Part shown: piece by piece, positions 19,007-28,028 of the stretch
Layout of the letters: every line of letters begins with the position of its first letter
Numbering within the stretch: the first letter of the stretch is position 1
From: an uncultured bacterium
GTDB taxonomy: Bacteria; Bacteroidota; Rhodothermia; Balneolales; DATFMH01
Assembly: GCA_963712305.1 (NCBI GenBank)
Contig: CAVQHI010000002.1
Span: 1,488,885 to 1,552,884 of the forward strand
Reading direction: 5' to 3'
Length of the DNA stretch: 64,000 nucleotides
The notes under the pieces: model-generated
What the model was told of the DNA's origin: nothing
What the model saw: only the letters and a program-made list of their open reading frames with translations
Database searches by the model: none
Translations under genes and position numbers: made by a program

Positions 19007-20194
19007 ATGTTTATGATTAAAAAATTCAGGTTTCTGTTTTTAATCTTCTGCATGCTGCCATTTGGTTTGGCAACAGGTCAGTCGGTCCCATGGTCTCAAC
19101 GGATGGCGAATTCCGTTGTTGATCAGCTATGGCCCGATTCCATCTATACAAATCAAAACAAGCCGGTAAAGTGGAGTTATGATCAGGGTGTAGTCCTGAA
19201 GGGTATTGAATGCGTTTGGAAAAATACTGGCAAGCAGAAATACATAAATTACATACAGAACATCATTGATCATTTCATAGCCCCCGACGGCTCTATTCGT
19301 ACGTATGATCCTAACGATTATAAGTTAGATGATATCAATAACGGGAAGCTTCTTTTATTGCTCTACAAGGTTACCGGTAACAAAAAGTACTGGAAGGCTG
19401 CAACACAATTAAGAGATCAACTTAGAACACAACCTCGCACCAAGTCGGGTGGATTCTGGCACAAGAAAATTTATCCGCACCAGATGTGGCTCGACGGTTT
19501 GTACATGGCTGAACCTTTTTATGCCCATTATGCGGAAATGACCCACGATAGCAAAGCATTTGATGATATAACGCATCAGTTTGTGCTGATGGAACAGCAT
19601 GCACGCGATCCCAAAACGGGGTTGTTATATCATGGCTGGGATGAATCAAAACAACAAAAATGGGCAAACCCTAAAACCGGAGATTCACCAAATTTTTGGG
19701 GAAGAGCGATGGGATGGTATGCCATGGCCTTGGTGGATGCGCTCGATTATTTTCCGAAAAACAGCGCGGATAGTGACTCGCTGGTAACCATTTTGAACCG
19801 ACTGGCTACGGCCGTTAGCAAATACCAGGATCCCCAAACGGGTTTGTGGTGGCAGGTCTTGAACATGCCTCACAAAAAAGGGAATTACCTGGAGGCTTCC
19901 GCATCATGTATGTTTGTGTATTCCCTGGCCAAAGGCGTGAGGAAAGGATATTTGCCGGATAAATTCGCAAAGGTAGCCAGTAAAGGTTACAAGGGAATAA
20001 TCCACAACTTGATAAAAACGGATTCGAACGGTCAGGTAAATCTGACCGGAACATGCAGCGTCGCCGGACTTGGCGGGCATCCTTACCGCGATGGCAGTTT
20101 CGAATATTATGTCAATGAACCGGTAAGAACGAATGATCCAAAAGGTATTGGTGCATTTATCATGGCTAGTTGCCAAATCGAATATTTGCAGTGA
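19007..20194 (+). CDS. GH105 unsaturated rhamnogalacturonyl hydrolase (YteR/YesR-like)
   Basis: 395 aa, signal peptide, (alpha/alpha)6 family motifs WSYDQGVVLKGI, MWLDGLYMAEPFYA, FWGRAMGWYAMALVD (Glyco_hydro_88/105 superfamily). The pectin context favours GH105. Confidence 0.82.
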   Translation: MFMIKKFRFLFLIFCMLPFGLATGQSVPWSQRMANSVVDQLWPDSIYTNQNKPVKWSYDQGVVLKGIECVWKNTGKQKYINYIQNIIDHFIAPDGSIRTYDPNDYKLDDINNGKLLLLLYKVTGNKKYWKAATQLRDQLRTQPRTKSGGFWHKKIYPHQMWLDGLYMAEPFYAHYAEMTHDSKAFDDITHQFVLMEQHARDPKTGLLYHGWDESKQQKWANPKTGDSPNFWGRAMGWYAMALVDALDYFPKNSADSDSLVTILNRLATAVSKYQDPQTGLWWQVLNMPHKKGNYLEASASCMFVYSLAKGVRKGYLPDKFAKVASKGYKGIIHNLIKTDSNGQVNLTGTCSVAGLGGHPYRDGSFEYYVNEPVRTNDPKGIGAFIMASCQIEYLQ

Positions 20195-20218
20195 TCAGTA
20201 AACAATAAGCAGTTATCA

Positions 20219-22060
20219 ATGAAGCTGTTATTACCATATTATCCTCGTTCCTATGCTCTGCATGGGTACGGAAGCTTAGAGGAGAAAAGATGCCTTTCCA
20301 CTTGTGAAGTGAATGTGGTCAATCCCCCCAGACCTCCCGAAAACTTTCGGGACCAAGGGGGAGTAAGGGTTTCCAACTCGCAACTCGTAACCCGCAACTC
20401 TACTAACACACAATTCTCTTTTTATTCCCTTATTTCCCTATTCCTTATACTCCTTCTGAGTGTGAACGACCTTTATGCTCAAGCTTCAAAAAGCAACTCG
20501 GGTAATTCTGTTTCGAACGTCTGGGTTCCGGATCTTGGGAACGGGAAGTATAAAAATCCAGTGATTTTCGCGGATTACTCGGACCCGGATGTGTGCCGCG
20601 CAGGTGATGATTATTACCTGGTGGCATCCAGTTTTGATGCTGTTCCCGGACTACCCATTCTGCATTCAAAAGATTTAGTCAACTGGACGATTATCGGGCA
20701 TGCACTCAAAAGACAACCGCCATATGGTCACTTTTCGAAAACCCAGCATGGGAATGGCGTTTGGGCGCCGGCTATTAGATATCATAACGGGGAATTCTAC
20801 ATTTATTATCCGGATCCTGACTATGGTATTTACATGGTAAAAGCAAAAAATCCAGCAGGTCCCTGGTCTGATCCTGTACTTGTCCAGGGCGGAAAAGGAT
20901 TGATTGATCCATGTCCACTCTGGGATGATGACGGGCAGGCTTATCTGGTGCACGCCTATGCGGGAAGTCGCGCTGGTATCAAAAGCATCTTGACGATTAA
21001 CCGGATGAAACCTGATGGGACAAAATTGTTGGATCATGCGGTAATTGTTTATGATGGACATGAACAGGATCCAACGGTCGAAGGCCCAAAGCTCTATAAA
21101 CGTAAAGGTTACTACTACATCTTTGCTCCGGCGGGTGGTGTTACGGGTGGGTGGCAAATTGTATTGCGCTCAAAGAATATCTATGGTCCATATGAACGAC
21201 GATTGGTCATGAAGCAGGGATCAACACCAATTAACGGTCCGCACCAGGGGGCGTGGATTACAACCCCGAAGGGAGTATCATGGTTCGTTCATTTTCAGGA
21301 TCGAGGGCCCTACGGCAGGGTAACTCTGCTTGAACCCATGAAGTGGAAAAACGATTGGCCGGTCATAGGTGCCGATCCTGATGGAGATGGTACTGGTGTT
21401 CCCGTCATTACCTATAAAAAACCGGATGTCGATGTTAAGATGCCGGTAGCTACACCGCAGACTTCCGACGAGTTTAATACACCGGGGCTCGGGCTCCAGT
21501 GGCAGTGGCAAGCCAATCCCAAAGAAACCTGGGAATATTCCAGGAGCGGGGAGGGATATCTTCGTCTTTACTGCGAGTTGTACCCGGATAGTGCAAGTAA
21601 CTATTGGGATGTGCCTAATGTTCTGATGCAGAAATTCCCTGCTCCGGAGTTCACAACAAAGACGAAGCTGACTTTCCATCCACAAAATACTGGCGACAAG
21701 GTCGGTTTTATCATAATGGGCAGAAGCTATGCGTACTTGTCGCTCATCCAAAAAGAAGATGGCGTTTACCTCTCATATACTGTTTGCGAGCATGCGGATA
21801 AAGGGAATAAAGAACAAGAACAGGTGATTCGCAAGGTTTCGGGCAGCACTATTTATTTTGCTGTACATGTTGATAAAAACGCTGTTTGCCATTTCAGCTA
21901 CAGCCTGGATGGGAAAACATATCACACTATAAAAGCTCAACCATTTCATGCCGTAGAGGGAAAATGGATCGGCGCCAAGGTCGGACTGTTTACCACCAGT
22001 ACCCAAAAAGCACACGACTCAGGATATGCCGATTTTGATTGGTTTAGAATTGAAAAGTAA
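20219..22060 (+). CDS. GH43 beta-xylosidase/alpha-L-arabinofuranosidase-type hydrolase with C-terminal lectin-like domain; N-terminus uncertain
   Basis: GH43 five-bladed propeller motifs NPVIFADYSDPDVCRAGDDYYLVASSF, GVWAPAIRY, IDPCPLWDDDG, VEGPKLYKRKGYYYIF. C-terminal beta-sandwich (ADFDWFRIEK). The first ~70 codons run through an intergenic-type repeat before a signal-peptide-like h-region (FYSLISLFLILLLSVNDLYAQA). Confidence 0.85.
   Translation: MKLLLPYYPRSYALHGYGSLEEKRCLSTCEVNVVNPPRPPENFRDQGGVRVSNSQLVTRNSTNTQFSFYSLISLFLILLLSVNDLYAQASKSNSGNSVSNVWVPDLGNGKYKNPVIFADYSDPDVCRAGDDYYLVASSFDAVPGLPILHSKDLVNWTIIGHALKRQPPYGHFSKTQHGNGVWAPAIRYHNGEFYIYYPDPDYGIYMVKAKNPAGPWSDPVLVQGGKGLIDPCPLWDDDGQAYLVHAYAGSRAGIKSILTINRMKPDGTKLLDHAVIVYDGHEQDPTVEGPKLYKRKGYYYIFAPAGGVTGGWQIVLRSKNIYGPYERRLVMKQGSTPINGPHQGAWITTPKGVSWFVHFQDRGPYGRVTLLEPMKWKNDWPVIGADPDGDGTGVPVITYKKPDVDVKMPVATPQTSDEFNTPGLGLQWQWQANPKETWEYSRSGEGYLRLYCELYPDSASNYWDVPNVLMQKFPAPEFTTKTKLTFHPQNTGDKVGFIIMGRSYAYLSLIQKEDGVYLSYTVCEHADKGNKEQEQVIRKVSGSTIYFAVHVDKNAVCHFSYSLDGKTYHTIKAQPFHAVEGKWIGAKVGLFTTSTQKAHDSGYADFDWFRIEK
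20380..20399. repeat. 20-nt arm GCAACTCGTAACCCGCAACT, inverted partner at 22075-22094
   Basis: Exact reverse-complement match read directly from the sequence. The arms lie just inside the 5' end and just after the stop of the GH43 gene. Confidence 0.9.
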
Positions 22061-22074
22061 GATGAAAAATTAGC

Positions 22075-22094
22075 AGTTGCGGGTTACGAGTTGC
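22075..22094. repeat. 20-nt arm AGTTGCGGGTTACGAGTTGC, inverted partner of 20380-20399
   Basis: Exact reverse complement of 20380-20399. Confidence 0.9.
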
Positions 22095-22109
22095 CGGTTT
22101 GAACTACTC

Positions 22110-22134
22110 TGTCGCAAGTTTGCAACTTGTGACA
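22110..22134. repeat. 25-nt hairpin repeat TGTCGCAAGTTTGCAACTTGTGACA (copy 1)
   Basis: Identical 25-mer recurs at 29102-29126. It folds as a 10-bp stem GUCGCAAGUU/AACUUGUGAC (one G-U pair) with a 3-nt loop. Located after the GH43 stop. Confidence 0.9.
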
Positions 22135-22206
22135 TAAGGAACTGACCGCTGGACACTAACAAGAGACTGATTGACAAATATTTAACGACTAAAAGGATTT
22201 GATTCT

Positions 22207-23652
22207 ATGGGAAATCATGATATCACACGAAAAGAAGCTTTAAAAAGAATGGGCTTCCTGATCGCGAGCCCAATGATGTTAAAACCGTTGGCAAACTCTT
22301 CGTTACTGTATGCCGGCGCTAAACAGGGTTGGGACGAGTTGCCGGATATCCTGAAAAATATTGTCCCTCCCAAATTTCCCGACAGAAACTTCACGATTAC
22401 TGATTTTGGGGCAAAGTCAGGAGGTCAGGCAGACTGTCTTCCAGCTATTAAAGAAGCCATATCAAAATGTAATCAGGCAGGTGGCGGACGAGTGGTCATA
22501 CCTTCAGGAACATGGTTTGTTAAAGGTCCAATCCACTTTAAAAGCAATGTAAATCTGCATCTCGATAAAGGGGCACATGTGAAATTCAGCACTGAAGCTG
22601 ACGACTATCTTCCTGTTGTGTATACTCGTTTCGAAGGTGTCGAGTTGATGAATTACTCACCGCTGATTTATGCGTATGGTAAGCAGAACATAGCATTAAC
22701 CGGAGATGGAATACTGGACGGCCAGGCAGATAATAATCACTGGTGGAACTGGGTAGGAAAGAAAATATACGGCTGGAAAGAAGGCATGCCTACCCAGCAT
22801 GATAAGGATAACGAACCTAAGCTCATGGAAATGGCCAGTAATGGTGTGCCTGTAAAAGATCGTGTGTTTGGGAAGGGCCACTACATGCGACCAACATTCG
22901 TCGAATTTTACCGCAGCAAAAATATCCTGATCCAGGGTGTGACCATGAAAAACACACCGTTTTGGATCATTCACCCGACACTGAGTCAGAATGTGACCGT
23001 TGATGGAGTTACAACAATAAGCCACGGACCGAACAATGATGGCTGTGATCCAGAATGTTGTACGGACGTGCATATCAAGAATTGTTTTTTTAGTAATGGA
23101 GATGATTGTATCGCCATCAAAAGCGGTAAGAATGAAGATGGCCGCCGCGTTGGTGTGCCTTCAAAGAATATCATTGTCGAAGACTGTAAGATGCGCGATG
23201 GCCACGGCGGGGTTGTCATCGGAAGCGAAACATCGGGTGGTGTTGAAAATGTATATGCGCAGAACTGCGAGATGAGCAGCAAAAATCTGGAACGTGCCAT
23301 TCGTATTAAGTCGAATGCTTGTCGCGGCGGGGTACTAAAGAACTACTATTTCAGGGACCTTAAGGTTGGAACTGTCCGTGAAGCTGTAGTGAAAGTCAAC
23401 ATGTTCTATGGTGGTGAACAGGGTAGTGGCTGCCATTATCCACCAACACTGGTTAACGTAAATGTTGATAATGTGGTCAGCGAAAAGAGTGAATATGCAA
23501 TATACATCGAGGGAAGGGATGATAAGCCCGTGCGTGACATCACCATCAGAAACTGCACGTTCAGAGATGTTGAAAAGAAGAATTTCATAAAAGATGCGAA
23601 ACACCTGAGCGTCTTGAACACGACGGTGAATGGCAAAAAAGTGAGTATCTGA
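22207..23652 (+). CDS. GH28 family hydrolase (exo-polygalacturonase/rhamnogalacturonase type)
   Basis: 481 aa. GH28 motifs GPNNDGCDP, GDDCIAIKSG, GHGGVVIGSE, RAIRIKSN. The N-terminus TRKEALKRMGFLIASP looks like a degenerate Tat motif (RK instead of RR). Confidence 0.88.
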   Translation: MGNHDITRKEALKRMGFLIASPMMLKPLANSSLLYAGAKQGWDELPDILKNIVPPKFPDRNFTITDFGAKSGGQADCLPAIKEAISKCNQAGGGRVVIPSGTWFVKGPIHFKSNVNLHLDKGAHVKFSTEADDYLPVVYTRFEGVELMNYSPLIYAYGKQNIALTGDGILDGQADNNHWWNWVGKKIYGWKEGMPTQHDKDNEPKLMEMASNGVPVKDRVFGKGHYMRPTFVEFYRSKNILIQGVTMKNTPFWIIHPTLSQNVTVDGVTTISHGPNNDGCDPECCTDVHIKNCFFSNGDDCIAIKSGKNEDGRRVGVPSKNIIVEDCKMRDGHGGVVIGSETSGGVENVYAQNCEMSSKNLERAIRIKSNACRGGVLKNYYFRDLKVGTVREAVVKVNMFYGGEQGSGCHYPPTLVNVNVDNVVSEKSEYAIYIEGRDDKPVRDITIRNCTFRDVEKKNFIKDAKHLSVLNTTVNGKKVSI

Positions 23653-23989
23653 ATGATTTCATCTTTGATCCCAAAGTCAGCCATTTTTGAAACGTGGTAT
23701 CAATCCCCCCGGCACCCTTCGACAAGGGGGAGAATATCTTCCCCCTTTCCCATAGGGATCCTTACGGAAAAGCGAGGATTAAGGTGTGTGTCAAGAAGCC
23801 TAACATTGTCTGATAGACTGCTCATGATGAAACGGAGGGCACTCCTTTTTTGGCCCATTTATGGGACAAATAATCCTCCTTGGAGAAGGAGGTCGGGAGG
23901 ATTGATCCATCCCAGACAAAGATTTTATCCGATTATCCATCCGATGAAAAAATGTGCTGTCTCAAGACTTAAGAATTATCTCATTAATT

Positions 23990-25675
23990 ATGAAACCGAA
24001 CAGTTATCCCTATTTAGTTAAGGTCTGTCTTTTACTTTTCGTGTTGTCTGTGCTTAGTTTCCAATCCGGATTCTCGCAGGCTGATCGGATAAAAAACCTG
24101 GAATACTATGTAAAAAACGCCCCATTCCAGATGCCCGATATTCAGGAACCCGAGTTTCCCGATCGGACATTTAACATAACAGATTATGGTGCTGTCGGCG
24201 ATGGACAGATGTTAAATACCCAGGCCATGCAACATACGATTGAAACCTGCGCCAAGGCCGGCGGTGGGACCGTGGTTGTACCACCGGGATTATGGCTGAC
24301 GGGTCCCATTGAACTGAAGAGTAACGTGAACCTGCATGTTGAGCGAGGTGCTGTCATACAGTTTTCAGCGAATCAAGCTGTCTATCCAATTATCAAAATG
24401 CCGCATACGGATGATGAGTACAAAGTGATGCCGCCCCTTTATGGCCACGACTTGACGAATGTAGCCATAACTGGCGGTGGAATTTTCGACGGCAATGGAC
24501 AGGCATGGAGGCCGGTCAAGAAAGCTAAAGTGACGGAAGCACACTGGAAACGACTTTTGAAATTGAGTGATGCTCTCAGTGATAATGGCTCTATCTGGTG
24601 GCCCAGTCAGAAAGCGATGAATGGGGAGAAGTATATCAAATCACTGAAATCTTTAGGTCGGGAACTCAGTGCGCAGGATTACCTGCCAGCTCGTACGTAC
24701 ATGCGGCCTTACATGATTCAATTGCTGTACTGTAAAAATGTGTTATTCGACGGCCCGACATTCCGGAATGCTCCCAAGTTTGCCATGTTCCCTAAGTTTT
24801 GCACAAATATGATCATTCGTAACGTCACGGTTGATAATGCATATTGGGCACAGAACGGTGACGGCATCGACATAGGCGGGGGGAAAAACATCGCCATTTA
24901 CCGATGCACAGTCACGGCTGGTGATGATGGGATTTGCATGAAATCAAGTCCCACGGATGTTGGGGGATTCAGCAATCCGGCATTGCAAAACGTCATCATT
25001 GCAGAATCCATGGTACATCATGGACACGGCGGCTTTGTGATAGGGAGTAATACCGATGGCGGGATCAAAAATGTGTCTGTAAAAAATTGCTCCTTTATCG
25101 GAACAGACCGCGGACTGCGTTTCAAAAGCCGCAGGGGCAGGGGAGCTCTCGTTCACAATATCTATGTGGATCATGTATCTATGTCGCGTATAGTCGATCA
25201 GGCTATCTACTTCAACACATATTATGAGTTATCCCAAAAAGGGAAAGAAGGCCAAACCCCTGAAGTGAACAGCACGACACCGCGCTTCCAGGATTTCCAT
25301 ATCAGCCATCTCTACTGTCGGGGGGCTAATACGGCAATATCGATGACCGGCTTACCTGAGATGCCTATTAAGGACATCACACTTACGGATGTACATATAT
25401 CGGCAAAACATGGATTTGAATCAGAAGAGGTTGACGGCATCAAACTAAACAACGTTACGATTCTGCCGAAATCCGGAGTCGTATTTTCGATGGATAACAG
25501 TCGTAATGTTGTTTTAAATAATGTAGATGTTCCCATTAACACAGAGAAATTCATGACCGTAACCGGAAGCAAGACGGCCGGTATCGATGTCATGAAGACC
25601 AATCTGGAGAATCCCGGTAAGTATGTTGAGAAAGGGGAGAACGTGAGTTCTGGTGCTCTAACGATTGATCAATGA
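23990..25675 (+). CDS. GH28 polygalacturonase, secreted
   Basis: The track ORF starts at GTG 23954. ATG 23990 gives MKPNSYPYLVKVCLLLFVLSVLSFQSGFSQ, a clean signal peptide. Motifs ITDYGAVGDG, QNGDGIDI, GDDGICMKS, GHGGFVIGS, RGLRFKS. Confidence 0.88.
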   Translation: MKPNSYPYLVKVCLLLFVLSVLSFQSGFSQADRIKNLEYYVKNAPFQMPDIQEPEFPDRTFNITDYGAVGDGQMLNTQAMQHTIETCAKAGGGTVVVPPGLWLTGPIELKSNVNLHVERGAVIQFSANQAVYPIIKMPHTDDEYKVMPPLYGHDLTNVAITGGGIFDGNGQAWRPVKKAKVTEAHWKRLLKLSDALSDNGSIWWPSQKAMNGEKYIKSLKSLGRELSAQDYLPARTYMRPYMIQLLYCKNVLFDGPTFRNAPKFAMFPKFCTNMIIRNVTVDNAYWAQNGDGIDIGGGKNIAIYRCTVTAGDDGICMKSSPTDVGGFSNPALQNVIIAESMVHHGHGGFVIGSNTDGGIKNVSVKNCSFIGTDRGLRFKSRRGRGALVHNIYVDHVSMSRIVDQAIYFNTYYELSQKGKEGQTPEVNSTTPRFQDFHISHLYCRGANTAISMTGLPEMPIKDITLTDVHISAKHGFESEEVDGIKLNNVTILPKSGVVFSMDNSRNVVLNNVDVPINTEKFMTVTGSKTAGIDVMKTNLENPGKYVEKGENVSSGALTIDQ

Positions 25676-25720
25676 ACAATGAAAAGTAAACAATGATCAG
25701 TAATCAGTTAACCGTGACCA

Positions 25721-27007
25721 ATGAAAACTGAACTTGAACCTCAATCTTGTTACGATGCTCTGCTTCGTAACACCACCTGTCGGGTGCTCTGCTTCCGCAT
25801 TAGAAGCAGAGCTTGGGAACGAGGTGGATTTCCTAATTATCTAATTTCTAATTTCGGTAGTCTGATACTGGTTTTGGCAGTCCTGCTTTCAATAAATGTA
25901 CCTGAAACGGCATTCGCCCAACAAAAAACAAAGACGATCGACATCACAGGATTTCATGACAGTGCGCATCACTGGAAAGATATCACAGATCATGAGCAGG
26001 TGATCGTTAGATTGAAAAATCAAAAGAAATACAAACCGACTCAGATCAGGAAGATTGCTGACAACATTATTCTCTACCAGCAACCGAATGGAGGTTGGCC
26101 GAAGAATTACGACATGCTTGCCATCCTGACTTCCGGGCAAAAACGGATCCTGGCTGAGAAGAAAGATTCAGATCATACAACGTTTGATAACGGCGCCACA
26201 CACTCTCAGATAGAGTATCTGGCTCACGCATACACAATGACACGTGATTCCCGGTACAAGGATGCGGCACTTCGGGGGATAAATTTCATTCTCAGAGCAC
26301 AATATCCGAATGGCGGCTGGCCACAGTTTTATCCTGATACCAGTGGCTACCGTAAATACATCACATTTAATGATGATGCTATGGTCGGTGTAATGACCGT
26401 TTTACATCACATCGTTCAGAATAAATCCTACTATTCATTTGTGGGCAATACGACACGGGAAAAGGTCAGGAAGGCATTTTGGAAAGGCATTGATTGTATT
26501 CTTATGATGCAAATTAAAGAGGACGGGGAGCTGACGGTATGGTGCCAGCAGCACGACAACGAAACCTTGAAACCACGTGGTGCCCGGACCTTCGAACTAC
26601 CGTGCAAGGCAAGTGAAGAAAGCGCTCAGATCGTGGAATTGCTCATGAGTATTGATCATCCGAGTCAGAAGGTCATCCAGTCTGTTCAGAGTGCTGTTCG
26701 ATGGTTCAAAGATTCTGAAATTGACGGAATCAGGATCAAGACGGTGGCAGCCCGCAAAGTGATATACAAATTTCACGAAGCTGATTCGGATAAAGTGGTT
26801 GTTAAGGACTCATCGGCACCACCAATATGGGCAAGGTATTATGAACTGGGTACAAACCGCCCATTTTTTGCCAACCGTGACGGCAAGAAAGTGTACAAAC
26901 TCTCCGATGTATCTCGCGAACGCCGGACCGGATATGGTTGGTATGGATATTGGCCGGAGCATATGTTAAAAGAATACCCTGAATGGGGTAAAGAAAATTT
27001 GAACTAA
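25721..27007 (+). CDS. PL10-like pectate lyase (PelA/Pel-15E family); N-terminus uncertain
   Basis: 428 aa. Repeated helical-toroid motifs QQPNGGWPKNYDM, FDNGATHSQIEYLAHAY, LRAQYPNGGWPQFYP, ITFNDDAM, as I recall for the PelA/Pel-15E family. The first ~45 codons cross an intergenic-type repeat before the h-region LILVLAVLLSINVPETAFAQ. Confidence 0.65.
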   Translation: MKTELEPQSCYDALLRNTTCRVLCFRIRSRAWERGGFPNYLISNFGSLILVLAVLLSINVPETAFAQQKTKTIDITGFHDSAHHWKDITDHEQVIVRLKNQKKYKPTQIRKIADNIILYQQPNGGWPKNYDMLAILTSGQKRILAEKKDSDHTTFDNGATHSQIEYLAHAYTMTRDSRYKDAALRGINFILRAQYPNGGWPQFYPDTSGYRKYITFNDDAMVGVMTVLHHIVQNKSYYSFVGNTTREKVRKAFWKGIDCILMMQIKEDGELTVWCQQHDNETLKPRGARTFELPCKASEESAQIVELLMSIDHPSQKVIQSVQSAVRWFKDSEIDGIRIKTVAARKVIYKFHEADSDKVVVKDSSAPPIWARYYELGTNRPFFANRDGKKVYKLSDVSRERRTGYGWYGYWPEHMLKEYPEWGKENLN

Positions 27008-27021
27008 AAAAGGGATGAAAG

Positions 27022-27687
27022 ATGAAGTTGACCACGAAAAAATTCTTCTCATTAACTATAGTTTTAAGTATTGCAGCCTTATTTGCCATAAACTATCGCA
27101 TTGGAATCCATGGCAAGGTGGTTTGTTTTGGTGATTCGATAACGCACGGGGCCAAGGTTGACGGACATAGTTGGGTTTGGTATCTCGAAAAAGATCATGG
27201 CAACAGTGCCGACTTTGTAAATGCGGGACGCAATGGAAGAAAGACATCCGACCGGGAAGAACTTCTGCCGGTCTTGAAAGAAAATCCGAATGCTGATTAT
27301 TACCTGATATTCCTAGGCGTTAATGATTTGAAAGACGGCACGAAAGCGATGGTCGATGATTGTGTAAAGAACATGAAATGGATGATTGGGGAGATCCGCA
27401 ATACTGATCCCAAGGCGAATATCGTGATTCTTGCGCCAACGGATATCAATCTGAAGACCATGGCACCTATTAACGTCAAAAAGAAGTACAACGAGAATAC
27501 CAGGAAATCTCTCTACAGTCTGGAAAAACGCTATAAAAAACTGGCAAAAGAAGAACACACTAAATTTCTTTCGTTGCTTCATGTAGTGTCTCCGCCAAAT
27601 TATGTAGATGGTCTGCATCCGGATACAACAGGTCAGAAGCAAATTGAAACGGCTGTCTGGAAAGGATTGAATCGGATCTATAACTGA
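27022..27687 (+). CDS. SGNH/GDSL-family esterase
   Basis: 221 aa. Blocks I-V: VCFGDSITHG, GRNGRKT, FLGVNDL, DGLHPD. Signal/anchor at the N-terminus. Confidence 0.75.
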   Translation: MKLTTKKFFSLTIVLSIAALFAINYRIGIHGKVVCFGDSITHGAKVDGHSWVWYLEKDHGNSADFVNAGRNGRKTSDREELLPVLKENPNADYYLIFLGVNDLKDGTKAMVDDCVKNMKWMIGEIRNTDPKANIVILAPTDINLKTMAPINVKKKYNENTRKSLYSLEKRYKKLAKEEHTKFLSLLHVVSPPNYVDGLHPDTTGQKQIETAVWKGLNRIYN

Positions 27688-27875
27688 GCGTTCAGCTATC
27701 AGCTATCACTTTTGATTAGACAATTGAAGATTATTTCGGATAGAAAACCCCATATAACCAGGTTGTAAAATTGAGAATGAATAGAAGATTCGATAAGTCC
27801 CCCTTTGAAGGGGGCTGGGGGATGACCTCGTCGTTTCATTATGAATCCGCTTGTTGCACTATCAGAGGCGCGGGC

Positions 27876-27906
27876 AACACCCACCTTAGTCCTCCCTCAA
27901 GGGAGG
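27876..27906 (+). repeat. Hairpin repeat AACACCCACCTTAGTCCTCCCTCAAGGGAGG (family B, copy 1)
   Basis: Near-identical copies at 27999-28028 (+) and 55047-55075 (reverse orientation). The core CCTCCCTC(G/A)AGGGAGG is self-complementary. Confidence 0.9.
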
Positions 27907-27998
27907 TGATTTACCCCGTCTCCTGGAGGGGACTTATAGGGGGTGTTCACTCAGCGATTCATCATGAATTACGCTCATCAGATAACGAAACGCACATT

Positions 27999-28028
27999 AA
28001 CACCCACCTTAATCCTCCCTCGAGGGAG
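27999..28028 (+). repeat. Hairpin repeat AACACCCACCTTAATCCTCCCTCGAGGGAG (family B, copy 2), abutting the CE8 start codon
   Basis: A 14-nt perfect palindrome CTCCCTCGAGGGAG (28015-28028) ends immediately before ATG 28029. Confidence 0.9.

Noticed and set aside
22207-22330. Tat signal peptide on the second GH28
   Set aside because: The motif TRKEALKRMGFL resembles S/TRRxFLK but lacks the twin arginine. Tat export cannot be asserted from sequence alone, so it is noted only in the feature evidence.
23653-24021. 122-aa ORF (MISSLIPKSAIFETWYQSPRHPSTRGRISSPFP...)
   Set aside because: It lies entirely on GC-rich hairpin repeats between two GH28 genes. Its Arg/Pro/Ser-rich composition is typical of translated repeats. 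It has no motif, and its 3' end overlaps the signal peptide of the next gene in another frame.
27771-28028. TTG-initiated 86-aa N-terminal extension of the CE8 ORF
   Set aside because: The extension is translated repeat sequence (SPFEGGWG, THLSPPSREV, THLNPPSRE). A canonical ATG with a textbook signal peptide follows at 28029.
27876-28028. Possible CRISPR-like array (two near-identical ~30-nt palindromic repeats 123 bp apart)
   Set aside because: There are only two tandem copies, the spacing is irregular and too long, the repeats also occur singly elsewhere (55047), and no cas genes are present.
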